Position numbers and translations under genes: made by a program | Source: Candidatus Hydrogenedentota bacterium | GTDB taxonomy: Bacteria; Hydrogenedentota; Hydrogenedentia; Hydrogenedentales; CAITNO01 | DNA length: 64,000 bases | Assembly: GCA_903893795.1 (NCBI GenBank) | Contig: CAITNO010000061.1 | Coordinates: 640-64,639 of the forward strand | Direction of reading: 5' to 3' | Part shown: piece by piece, positions 1 to 8,984 of the stretch | Position numbering within the stretch: the stretch's first letter is position 1 | How the letters are laid out: every line of letters starts with the position of its first letter | The notes under the pieces: generated by a model | What the model saw: only the letters and a program-made list of their open reading frames with translations | Told to the model about the DNA's origin: nothing | The model's database searches: none

Positions 1-140
1 AGACAGTCCGATAGAAAGTACCAGGCACAAGATAGAGCATATGAGCGAGTCAAGGGGGACTTGACAGACATGTTGCGTCGGTTGGAGAAGAGGTTTCGTG
101 ACATATTGGGGGTTGTGCCGCGCATGGAAGAAACCGATGC

Positions 141-437
141 ATGACCCCACCTACACATCTTCCAAAGTGGGGGGGGGGCTCTGGCACAACACCGGTAGCG
201 AATCGGGTGCTTGGTGTATTCCGGTCTGCTCCCATCACGATGTCTTGGGAGAACCAGTTCACGCGCGCCTTTGTGCTCGACGCCAACGGCCAGCATATTG
301 TCATGGACCAAAGGATATGGAAAGTGCAGGGCGGCTTTCCGCATGTGTGTCGTGGCGGAATGAGTCTGGTGGATATAGCTGTGCCGTGGATTGTCTTTGG
401 TAACAACCCACCATCAACACAGGAGCCTAATCAGTGA
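141..437 (+). CDS. Hypothetical small protein (alternative start ATG 240, giving 65 aa); coding status uncertain
   Basis: Its stop overlaps the GTG start of the next gene (GTGA at 434-437), which suggests translational coupling. No motif recognised. Competing ORFs exist on both strands. Confidence 0.25.
   Translation: MTPPTHLPKWGGGSGTTPVANRVLGVFRSAPITMSWENQFTRAFVLDANGQHIVMDQRIWKVQGGFPHVCRGGMSLVDIAVPWIVFGNNPPSTQEPNQ
169..178 (+). repeat. G10 homopolymer tract upstream of the defence operon, inside small ORF 141-437
   Basis: Read directly: ...ccaaagtGGGGGGGGGGctctgg..., ten consecutive G at 169-178. Both forward ORFs that cross it (98-403 and 141-437) stay open. Confidence 0.95.
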
Positions 438-955
438 TCACTATTCAGCACGTGGAAGAAGATCTCAGCCGGGCCTATGTGCAAGCTGTAGCTGCCAGAG
501 CGCGGTTGGGTTTAGCAGTAAGTATTGACGATCGTTCCCATGATTACGGAATTGATGGGACGTTTCATCAGGTTCAGTACGTGAACAACAAACGCAGAGA
601 AAGCGGATTCAAACTTGATTTCCAGCTCAAAGCGTGCAAGAACGTAACTTTCGTTAATGATATGGCAAAGTACGACATGGAAGCTGACACGTACAACCAC
701 TTGATTCACCGAGACGGAAATGGTGGCACACCGGTGATATTACTTCTATTGGCATTGCCACAAGATGAGGGGGACTGGCTTGAATTCACGGAAGACGAAC
801 TCATTTTGAGGAAGTGCTGTTATTGGGCACGGATATCCGGGGACCCGACGACTAACACAGCAAGTGTCCGAATACAGATACCAACCGCGAATCGACTGAC
901 CTCCGAGGCTCTCTTGGGCTTGATGGCAAAAGTGGAGAAAGGGGAATCATTGTAA
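434..955 (+). CDS. DUF4365-like restriction-endonuclease-fold (PD-(D/E)xK) protein
   Basis: 173 aa. Pattern EEDLSRAYVQAV ... D-YGIDG ... LDFQLKACK matches my memory of the Pfam DUF4365 core (E..., D.GID, xQxK). The start overlaps the upstream stop, and the stop overlaps the next ATG (TAATG at 953-957). Confidence 0.65.
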   Translation: MITIQHVEEDLSRAYVQAVAARARLGLAVSIDDRSHDYGIDGTFHQVQYVNNKRRESGFKLDFQLKACKNVTFVNDMAKYDMEADTYNHLIHRDGNGGTPVILLLLALPQDEGDWLEFTEDELILRKCCYWARISGDPTTNTASVRIQIPTANRLTSEALLGLMAKVEKGESL

Positions 956-2142
956 TGAAGATTCGCACAGACTTCTCGACTGTGCCCGGTGGGGCCAGCC
1001 TCTTGCCAACAAAGGAACAGCTCGCTGCCTATTTGCGAAAGCACGACTGGCACAAGCAGGGACATCCCAACGCGGACCTGCTTGTCTTCAATGGACCGCC
1101 TGACGATTTGGGTTCTCCGTTGAGAATTGTCGTTCCCGTAAAGGCGAGCGCTTCCGATCTTGCTGACAGTCTAGAATCGGCCATCGCTCTTCTGGCCGAA
1201 GTTGAGAAAAGAACGGTCGATGCGGTCCGGGCAAGTATTCATAACCAATCCCATGACATTCTTCGCCAGCGCATTTTCGGGAATTCCAACCTTACAAATC
1301 TCTCCCTAGAAAAGGCCCCCAAGATTGTCAGGCATATGCGCGATCTTGTCTACTATTCGGCGTGTGCTGAAGAGACACCTCAGCCCTTCTTCGCAAAGGG
1401 ACGAAACGTAGGAAGAGACCTGACCCGGAAATGCCGATTTGGTCACACCTTTGCGGGCAGCTATGGGATGACTCTGGAAATGCCCCTTGTCCCCAATGCG
1501 CAGACTGTTCTTTCTGACGAATACGATAACCCGCCTTTCGAGAGGCGGGTTATGCAACGCATTATCAGAGGGCTTGCAGCAATAGAGCGAGGCTCTACGG
1601 AAGCCGACATCGCCATTCTCACGGGGGACGTTGCGGGAGGGTTCAACGCCAATCTCTACGAGGTCATGCTGGATCTCTTCAATGAGCTCGATGACTATTC
1701 GCTCGATTATGATATTTCTTGGTCCGGCGAATACCGCCCGGCACCTGACCTTTCGACTATTTCCCGAATTAGGTTGGTTCCCAATACAATTAGGCCCTAT
1801 GTGGAATCTGCCGCGCGCGCGCTACGACAATCCAAGGAATCACAGGAAACCTTCATTCAAGGCTCGATAGTTCAACTCAGGGCAGAATCAGTTGACACAG
1901 AAGAGGATGAAGTGGAATACAGTGAACGACTCATAACCGTCAGATGGGATATGCCTAGCGGTCAACCGGGAAACATTCGTTTGCAGCTTTCTGCTGAGGA
2001 CTATCGTCTGGCCTGCGATGCTCATAGGGATAACATGTCGGTACGTGCAACTGGAAAACCGGAAAAGATCGGAAAATATTGGTATTTGACTTCCGCGACG
2101 CACTTCTCGGTAATTCCTGAGGCATCTAATGACAGAACCTGA
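955..2142 (+). CDS. Hypothetical protein, 395 aa, no recognisable domain
   Basis: Long ORF with protein-like composition. It is translationally coupled on both sides (1-nt overlap upstream, 14-nt overlap with the methyltransferase gene). Confidence 0.7.
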   Translation: MKIRTDFSTVPGGASLLPTKEQLAAYLRKHDWHKQGHPNADLLVFNGPPDDLGSPLRIVVPVKASASDLADSLESAIALLAEVEKRTVDAVRASIHNQSHDILRQRIFGNSNLTNLSLEKAPKIVRHMRDLVYYSACAEETPQPFFAKGRNVGRDLTRKCRFGHTFAGSYGMTLEMPLVPNAQTVLSDEYDNPPFERRVMQRIIRGLAAIERGSTEADIAILTGDVAGGFNANLYEVMLDLFNELDDYSLDYDISWSGEYRPAPDLSTISRIRLVPNTIRPYVESAARALRQSKESQETFIQGSIVQLRAESVDTEEDEVEYSERLITVRWDMPSGQPGNIRLQLSAEDYRLACDAHRDNMSVRATGKPEKIGKYWYLTSATHFSVIPEASNDRT

Positions 2143-5100
2143 TTACAACCTTCCCGAGCAGGGCGATCTTCCCGGCATACCACCGGTACCGAAGCAGGAG
2201 CAACTGGATCTAGTGGGTGCCAAGAAGGGCGGCGGGAAAAAGCCCGGTGAGGAAGGAAGTCACCTTCCGCCGAAACTGGGCAAAGCGGTGCGCTTGCCGG
2301 TGCCGGATTTCAATGACCCAAACAGGCCTCCGACGTGTTTGGAGGTGGATTTTCCCATTGCACAGATCAATGCGCTCTCGCAGTTGGAGGGGAATGCGGG
2401 CAAGCCCATCTATCAGATGTCGAAGTGGTGGGCGCGGCGGCGGTCAAGTGTGTTCCGCAGCATGCTGATTGCGGCGGCCACCACGGCTCCGGATGACCCC
2501 ACGGAGGCCGCCAAACTGGTCGGGGACCACTATTACTGCAACCATCAGAAGGGCGGCGCGTTCAAGAAGCTGCGCGTATTGGACCCCTTCATGGGCGGCG
2601 GCACTACACTGGTCGAGGATTCCCGGCTTGGCATGCAGATGACGGGGGTGGATTTGAACCCAGTGGCCTGGTTCATCGTCAAGAACGAACTGGCATGCAG
2701 CGATCCCGAACAGGTCGCGGCCTTCTTTCGTCACATTGAAGCTGAGGTAAAACCGCAGATTCAGCCCTTCTACACCACCACCTGTCCCCGCGGCCATCAG
2801 GGCCGTTGGGTGGATGTGGCCACGGGCAAGCCCGCCGATGTGGACCCCACTGAACTGCAGCCGGAAGCGCGCAAGTGCTACCGCTGGGAAGGTCCGGAGG
2901 TCATCTACACATTCTGGGCAAAACATGGTCCCTGCCAAGCCAAAGGCTGCGGCCACCGCACACCCATCTTCCGTTCCCCCGTCATTGCCGAAAAGAAACT
3001 CGCCACCTTCTACCTCGAAATGAACTGCCCGGACTGTGGGCACGAGTTCCACGCGGAACTCGGCGAAACACGTATGGCTCCCGGCGCGGAGCGGATCATC
3101 CTTGAGGGTGAGCATCCCTTCACGGAACTGTCCCAGCCGTTTGCCCAGCGCCTCAAGGATTATGACAAGGGTGGCACGCAAGACACCTTGGACCGTGCGT
3201 GGTGGCTCAAAGAACACGCCCGCGAGGAGAATGGGCTGGTGTGTCCTGTCTGCGGCGCCTTCACCGGGAAGAAGTTGGAAACCATGTTCGACCGGCACGC
3301 AAGCGCTGACCGCGCCAGCGACCGGAAGAAGAAGAGTTTCAAAATAAAGCGCAAGCCGGTCCAGATGTTCCTGCTTGTCCACCCGGATTGGCTCAAGGGT
3401 ACTTCAGGGTTTGCGGGTGGCCACGAACTGGGCGGCTGGGCCGGGGCTAACCCCAAAGACACGGCGCAGTGGTATCAGAACCGGTTAGAGAGTCTTTCCG
3501 CTATTGAAGTGAGAGGCAAGGAACTCCCGGAAAACCTGGAGCTTTCAGAAGGCAGGGTGGTAAATACCACCGAAGGAACCGTTCCCAAGCGGTCGCATTT
3601 CGCTTGTGCACACTGCGGTTTACAGCAAGATCTTCTTGATGCGGTACGCCCCACAAAGCACACACCTCCTGTTATGGCCTATGCCTTGCAATGCCATTGT
3701 CCTGAATGTGATGCGCAGGGCTACAACTACGGGGGGCGTTACTTCAAGACGCCCGATAGTAGGGATCTTCACCTCCTCCAGGCTGCCGAAGATGAGTGGA
3801 TTCTGCGCTCGACCAGTGATTTGGCCGACTACTACCCGAAGGCAGAACTGTTCGTTTCCTACATGACGCACAAGTTGAACGGTGGTATTCCCAATTGGGG
3901 CTACACCCATTGGTGGAAGATGTTCAACACAAGACAGCTTCTGGTGCATGCCCATTTGTCGAGAACGGTAATAAGTGCCGCGGAGGATGTGTGGCCTTTG
4001 GACGTTAGGGAGCAGGCTTGGGGTGTCTTTCAGCAATATCTTCGGAATCAGAATATGTTCTGCTTCTGGGATATATCACGTGACTGCATGGCCCCCCACA
4101 TGTCAAATGCAAATTACCATCCCAAGGCGCTTGTTATTGAAAGCTGTGTATTCAACGAGCTTGGTCGTGGCAACTGGCAGTCTTCATCGCAAAAGTGTAT
4201 CGAGGGGATGTCATGGTCACGTGAACCGTGGGAATTGTCCGTCAATGACGATGACGAGAGTACGGCAAAGTCAGACCGATGCGCCACAGAAGACCCACTA
4301 ATTCCGGGCCAGGACCTGAATTGCGGTTCATCCACAGATCTTTCCGCAATCAGTTCCCTTCAGTATGACTTTGTGATTACCGATCCCCCGTTTGGCAACA
4401 ACCTCTTCTACGCGGATCTGGCCGATTTCTTCTATGTATGGCTTCGACTGGGGTTGCGGCAATGGTATCGGGGGCTGCCGGAAGAGGCGTATTTCATCCC
4501 TGAACGCACACCACATGCGGTGGAGGCAATTGACAATTCCATCGAGCATCCTGATGACCGTGAGGAATACGAGAAGGAGGCTCTCCTTACCACGGGGCAC
4601 CTGGCCAACGCGCGGGAATTGACCGGCGATGCAAGCCTTGCCGAGAAATCGCCGAACCCGTTATATCGTCCCGTACCTTCCTCGGATTTCTATTGCCAGA
4701 CACTGACGGCCTGCTGGGCGGAAGCGGGGCGATTGCTGAAACCGGGCGGTGTTATGGCGTTCACCTTTCATCACAGCGAGGACGCGCCATGGATAGATGT
4801 CCTCAAAGCGCTTTTCGACGCGGGATATCTGCTCATCGCAACGTATCCCATTCGCAGCGACGAAACAAAAGGTGAGAAAGGCACTTTCGGTAGTCGTAAG
4901 ATCGAGTATGACATCATCCACGTTTGCCGAAAACGGTTGCAGACACCGGAGCCTGTGAGTTGGGCGCGCATGCGGCGCTGGGTGAAGGAGGAAGCAAAAC
5001 GGCTGAAGGGGTTGCTGGAGCACACCCATGGCCGGGACCTCCCGGAATCGGACCTGCGGGTAATCCTGCGGGGGAAATCACTGGAATTCTACAGCCGTCA

Positions 5101-5719
5101 CTATGGTCAGGTGTATACCGGCGATGGCCAGGTGCTGGATGTGCGCGACGCGCTGCTTGGCATCAACCTGCTTTTGGACGACCTCATCGAAGGGCCGGAA
5201 GGGACCGGCGCTTTGCGACCCCCCGAATCCGCAGAGCCCGCATCACGGCTCTATCTCCGCGTTTTCCGGAGCGCCACGGAAATACCGCGCGACGAACTGC
5301 ACAAGACTCTGCGCGGAACGGGCATTTCCCAGCCCGATATTGAAGGGCGCGGCTGGATTCGTGCGGTGGGTCGCGATGTGCATGTCACGCCCATCCGCGA
5401 GCGTTTCGCATACTTCACCGCACCGGGGCGCACCCGGAAGCAGATTCTCAAGACAGACCTCGATCAGGCGCATTTTCTCATCGGTGCGGCCTGCCACGGC
5501 TCGAATGTCCGCATAGATGACGAATTGAACCGGGGCACATTCAAGGTCAAGAAGTCCGTCGATGATATCCTGAAATGGTATGCCCTGGCCGAATCCGACC
5601 CGCAAATCCGGCAGGCCGCCGCGCTGGCCGCCAGCCTCGTCGAACACTGGCGCACGCGCCCCGAAGCCCAGCCCGCTCCGGACCAGATGACCCTGTTCGA
5701 CACCTTGGAGGAGGGATAA
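2129..5719 (+). CDS. Large DNA methyltransferase, DUF1156/COG1743 type (N6-adenine/N4-cytosine class) with an inserted Zn-ribbon region
   Basis: N-terminal LEVDFPI...SKWWARRRS matches the DUF1156 signature. SAM motif I is VLDPFMGGGTT (aa 150-160, nt 2582 on). Catalytic motif IV is ITDPPFGNN (DPPF, nt 4382-4393). About 600 aa between the two motifs contain several CxxC pairs (CPDCGHEF, CPVCGAF, CAHCGLQ, CHCPECD). Confidence 0.88.
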   Translation: MTEPDYNLPEQGDLPGIPPVPKQEQLDLVGAKKGGGKKPGEEGSHLPPKLGKAVRLPVPDFNDPNRPPTCLEVDFPIAQINALSQLEGNAGKPIYQMSKWWARRRSSVFRSMLIAAATTAPDDPTEAAKLVGDHYYCNHQKGGAFKKLRVLDPFMGGGTTLVEDSRLGMQMTGVDLNPVAWFIVKNELACSDPEQVAAFFRHIEAEVKPQIQPFYTTTCPRGHQGRWVDVATGKPADVDPTELQPEARKCYRWEGPEVIYTFWAKHGPCQAKGCGHRTPIFRSPVIAEKKLATFYLEMNCPDCGHEFHAELGETRMAPGAERIILEGEHPFTELSQPFAQRLKDYDKGGTQDTLDRAWWLKEHAREENGLVCPVCGAFTGKKLETMFDRHASADRASDRKKKSFKIKRKPVQMFLLVHPDWLKGTSGFAGGHELGGWAGANPKDTAQWYQNRLESLSAIEVRGKELPENLELSEGRVVNTTEGTVPKRSHFACAHCGLQQDLLDAVRPTKHTPPVMAYALQCHCPECDAQGYNYGGRYFKTPDSRDLHLLQAAEDEWILRSTSDLADYYPKAELFVSYMTHKLNGGIPNWGYTHWWKMFNTRQLLVHAHLSRTVISAAEDVWPLDVREQAWGVFQQYLRNQNMFCFWDISRDCMAPHMSNANYHPKALVIESCVFNELGRGNWQSSSQKCIEGMSWSREPWELSVNDDDESTAKSDRCATEDPLIPGQDLNCGSSTDLSAISSLQYDFVITDPPFGNNLFYADLADFFYVWLRLGLRQWYRGLPEEAYFIPERTPHAVEAIDNSIEHPDDREEYEKEALLTTGHLANARELTGDASLAEKSPNPLYRPVPSSDFYCQTLTACWAEAGRLLKPGGVMAFTFHHSEDAPWIDVLKALFDAGYLLIATYPIRSDETKGEKGTFGSRKIEYDIIHVCRKRLQTPEPVSWARMRRWVKEEAKRLKGLLEHTHGRDLPESDLRVILRGKSLEFYSRHYGQVYTGDGQVLDVRDALLGINLLLDDLIEGPEGTGALRPPESAEPASRLYLRVFRSATEIPRDELHKTLRGTGISQPDIEGRGWIRAVGRDVHVTPIRERFAYFTAPGRTRKQILKTDLDQAHFLIGAACHGSNVRIDDELNRGTFKVKKSVDDILKWYALAESDPQIRQAAALAASLVEHWRTRPEAQPAPDQMTLFDTLEEG

Positions 5720-6217
5720 GTGAACGAGATTTCAAGCAGCATCTGGCTGCGCAAAGGGTCGAGCGTTGTTTTCAATCAGGCGAGCCTGGGGCCACTGATT
5801 TCCGGTGGTGCCATGGTGTCCTTGAGGCAGGCGCTGGGTTGGATGACCGAATGGCCCTCCGAACCGCCGGTTCCGGGGAAGACTGTGCTTGTTTCGGGAT
5901 TGGAGACGATCATAGAGGTCATGGAGCCGGATGAGGCGGAGGCGTTTTTGCGGGGGCGCTTGCGTCCGTTGATTCAGGAATTTCAGCGGCGCTGGGACCA
6001 GTGTGGGCTCGTTTTCGGCTTCTCGTCGCACGAGCGGGCCTTCGAGGTAACGACGCTGAGCGAAGCGGTGCTTTTTCGGCGGCGCGACCGCAGAACGGTG
6101 CAGTTGTCGGAAGCGCTCTGGGACGGGAGCGCCACAATAAACCTTTGCCGCATCCTTGCCCGTTCGACGGACGGAGAAAACCAGACGGTGGGATTCCATG
6201 TTGCCCGTATCTCTTGA
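5720..6217 (+). CDS. Hypothetical protein, 165 aa, no recognisable domain
   Basis: GTG start directly abuts the methyltransferase stop (TAA-GTG at 5717-5722). Its 3' end overlaps the likely helicase start. Composition is protein-like. Confidence 0.55.
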   Translation: MNEISSSIWLRKGSSVVFNQASLGPLISGGAMVSLRQALGWMTEWPSEPPVPGKTVLVSGLETIIEVMEPDEAEAFLRGRLRPLIQEFQRRWDQCGLVFGFSSHERAFEVTTLSEAVLFRRRDRRTVQLSEALWDGSATINLCRILARSTDGENQTVGFHVARIS

Positions 6218-8984
6218 CATACAGCCCGGCGCAAAGGTAAATCACCCCGACCTTGGCGAGGGTGTGGTGACCGCCCGTGAGGCCACGGGGTTCGTCACAG
6301 TCTTCTTCCGGGGGCATGGGGAACGCCGGGTGCCGCTGGCGACGCTCGGTACGGCCGCATCATGGGTTGTGCAGGTGCTTCAGGGCATGCGGCCGGCCAC
6401 ATCCATGCAGTTGGAGCGGCTGTGGCTGGCGATCGAGGCCGAGCAGCTTCCGCTGATGGAAAGCTCCGCAACGCTGACCTCAGCCAAGGTTGACCTGCTG
6501 CCCCATCAGGTGGTGCTGGTCCACCGTATCGCCAACGCTCGCCCGAAACGCTTCCTGATCGCCGATGAGGTCGGCCTGGGCAAGACCATCGAGGCCGCAT
6601 TGATCCTTCGGGAGCTGGCTTCGCGCGGTGAATTGCAGCGCGCGTTGATGGTGGTCCCGGCGGGCTTGGTGGAGAATTGGCGGCGGGAACTGAACGAGGT
6701 GTTCAACCTGGACTTTGAGGTGTTTGGCTACGAGGGCGACGTGACGGACCGCCGGTCGAACACGTTTGCGAACCATCACCGCCTGATAGTGTCCGTGGAC
6801 ACGCTGAAACAGCGGCCCCGTGTCAGACGGCTGCTGGATGCCCCCCAGTGGGATCTGGTGGTGTTCGACGAGGCTCACCACCTGAGCGTCTACAAGAACG
6901 GTAACAAGGTAAAGAAGACTGAGAATTTCAAGCTTGCGGAAGCGATTCGCGACCATTGCCGCGATCTCCTTCTGCTTTCCGCGACGCCGCACCAGGGGGA
7001 CCATTTCCGGTTCATGATGCTGACGCGCCTGCTCGATCCCACACTGTTCGAAGATGAGCAGGATATGCTTGCGAACCGGCACCGGCTGAATGCCGTGGTG
7101 ATACGCCGCACGAAGGCGGACGCCTGCGCTGCGGACGGCAGTCCGCTATTCGCCCGCCGGATGGTTTCGACGGAGGGATTCACGCTCTCCACGGAAGAAA
7201 AGACCTTCTATCAGGCGCTTCTCAAATACTTGACCGACGGATACGACCTGGCGGCGCAACAGGGCAACAAAGGCCGGGCCTTGGGCTTTGTGATGACCAT
7301 TTTTCAGAAGATTGCCGCCAGCAGCTTCGCGGCAATCCGCTCGACATTGCAGCGGCGCCTCGTGATGCTCACCATCCAGGAGAGCATTGAACGGGATGAG
7401 GCGCTGGATGTGGACGGCCGCAACCGGGTGCTCGATGAGGCCCGAAAGCTGATACACACCCTGAACGCGCTACCGGACAGCCCCGTGGGCTGGGCGGAAA
7501 CGGAGAGCATCCTTGCCGAGGCCAAGGTCCAATTGCTCAAGAAGCGCAAGGAGACGCTGGATTTCATCCAGGCTGCCGAGAGCTACTCCGACACGGAGCG
7601 TGCCGCCGCCAACGGGGAGGAGGCCGCCGCCGCGCTCGTGATTGTCAGCCTGCCCGAGGAGCGCCGCAGAATTGTCGAGCTACTGGACAGTTATCCTGCC
7701 GGAACGGGCACCAAGACATCCACATTGCTGAATGCCCTGGGCCAGCTTTGGAAAATCAGCCCGGCGGAAAAGATAGTCATTTTCGCCACATATCTTGGCA
7801 CCGTGGAGACCATTCGGAAAGAAATCGAGCGCGCGTTTCCGGATAAGGGCGTGGAGGTGTTGAAGGGCGGTGACCACGGGGCCAAAACAGCCGCCCAGCG
7901 GCGATTCAAGAGGGCGGACGGACCGAAGGTGCTGGTCTGCACGGCTGCTGGCCGTGAAGGCATCAACCTGCAGTTTGCCCGCGTGCTCTTCAATTACGAC
8001 CTGCCCTGGAACCCGATGGACCTCGAACAGCGCATCGGGCGCATTCATCGGTATGGGCAGGAGCATACGGCGCAGGTCTACAATCTGGTGGCCGTCGATA
8101 CTATCGAGGGGCAGATATACCTGCTATTGGAAGAGAAGCTCAAGGGTATTGCGGAGACCTTGGGCAAGATTGACGAGCAGGGCCAGGTGGCGGAGGACCT
8201 TCGCACGCAGGTTCTTGGGCAATTGGGCAGCTGCCTGAGCTACGAGAAGCTCTATCAGGATGCCGTGCATGATCCGTCGTTGAAGCGCACCCGCCAGGAG
8301 TTGGAGGTCGCCATGACCAACGCCAACATGGCGCGGCAGGTCGTGTTTGAACTGTTCCAGGATCTCGACTCCTTCAATCTGAACGAATACCAGCAGTTTC
8401 AGGACGATGGCAAGGGCATGGACCGGCTCGTTGCGTTTGTGGCGCGCGCCGCGCGTCTGGATGGGGCTGAGTTCCGGCAGGATGGCGATTCGCTGTACAC
8501 CCTGCTCGGTGTGGAAGGCGGCCCGGTGCGCTTCACCAGCGACCGTGACCGTGCGCTGGAAGATGACACACTGGAGCTGCTGGGACTGGAGCATCCTGTG
8601 GTCAGAAGATGGCTTTCTGAGTACTCCGGGTTGCCCGCCAACGTGCGGAGCGTATGTGGTAGCCTTTCCGGGGCCGTGGGCGACGGATTCCTCACCGCGT
8701 GGCACGTCTCTGCCCAGGACGGCGATGGACGTGTGGCCCAAAAAGTCATCTGGCTCGGCATGACTGCCCACGGCGAACGCTCTTCGGGGCTGGAACATCT
8801 GCGCGAGCAGGTGCTTCAGATGAACGGCGGTGAGCCGCCCCCGGCGCTCACTGACACGAACCTGGACACCTTGGAAAAGAAAGGGTTGGCGCTGCTGCAC
8901 AGGGAGCTTGAGTATGCCGGTGCCATTGGCGGAGAAGGCTCCTATTCCACGCGCCTCTTGGCCTGTTTTCGGCTCGGACAGTGA
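6198..8984 (+). CDS. SNF2/RapA-family helicase (ATP-dependent translocase)
   Basis: Motif I LIADEVGLGKTIEA, motif II VVFDEAHHL, motif III LLLSATPHQG, motifs V-VI CTAAGREGINLQ...DLPWNPMDLEQRIGRIHRYGQ. Start taken at ATG 6198; the ORF track's alternative is 6156. Confidence 0.9.
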   Translation: MLPVSLDIQPGAKVNHPDLGEGVVTAREATGFVTVFFRGHGERRVPLATLGTAASWVVQVLQGMRPATSMQLERLWLAIEAEQLPLMESSATLTSAKVDLLPHQVVLVHRIANARPKRFLIADEVGLGKTIEAALILRELASRGELQRALMVVPAGLVENWRRELNEVFNLDFEVFGYEGDVTDRRSNTFANHHRLIVSVDTLKQRPRVRRLLDAPQWDLVVFDEAHHLSVYKNGNKVKKTENFKLAEAIRDHCRDLLLLSATPHQGDHFRFMMLTRLLDPTLFEDEQDMLANRHRLNAVVIRRTKADACAADGSPLFARRMVSTEGFTLSTEEKTFYQALLKYLTDGYDLAAQQGNKGRALGFVMTIFQKIAASSFAAIRSTLQRRLVMLTIQESIERDEALDVDGRNRVLDEARKLIHTLNALPDSPVGWAETESILAEAKVQLLKKRKETLDFIQAAESYSDTERAAANGEEAAAALVIVSLPEERRRIVELLDSYPAGTGTKTSTLLNALGQLWKISPAEKIVIFATYLGTVETIRKEIERAFPDKGVEVLKGGDHGAKTAAQRRFKRADGPKVLVCTAAGREGINLQFARVLFNYDLPWNPMDLEQRIGRIHRYGQEHTAQVYNLVAVDTIEGQIYLLLEEKLKGIAETLGKIDEQGQVAEDLRTQVLGQLGSCLSYEKLYQDAVHDPSLKRTRQELEVAMTNANMARQVVFELFQDLDSFNLNEYQQFQDDGKGMDRLVAFVARAARLDGAEFRQDGDSLYTLLGVEGGPVRFTSDRDRALEDDTLELLGLEHPVVRRWLSEYSGLPANVRSVCGSLSGAVGDGFLTAWHVSAQDGDGRVAQKVIWLGMTAHGERSSGLEHLREQVLQMNGGEPPPALTDTNLDTLEKKGLALLHRELEYAGAIGGEGSYSTRLLACFRLGQ

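Noticed and set aside
2444-3382. 312-aa minus-strand ORF inside the methyltransferase gene. Similar long antisense ORFs occur at 6480-7082, 8124-8900, 25626-26369, 28220-28795, 36048-36809, 49306-50166 and 52178-53164.
   Set aside because: They lie antisense to genes with strong family motifs, are Arg/Gly/Pro/His-rich and carry no motifs of their own. This is the usual shadow-ORF artefact of high-G+C DNA.
141-8984. Calling the operon a complete Type I/III R-M, BREX or DISARM system.
   Set aside because: No HsdS/HsdR, Res, PglZ/BrxC/BrxL, or DrmA/DrmB/DrmC-like genes are visible. Only the MTase-SNF2 pair resembles DISARM class 1 accessory genes. Genes upstream of the window cannot be excluded, so I report it as a candidate rather than as a named system.
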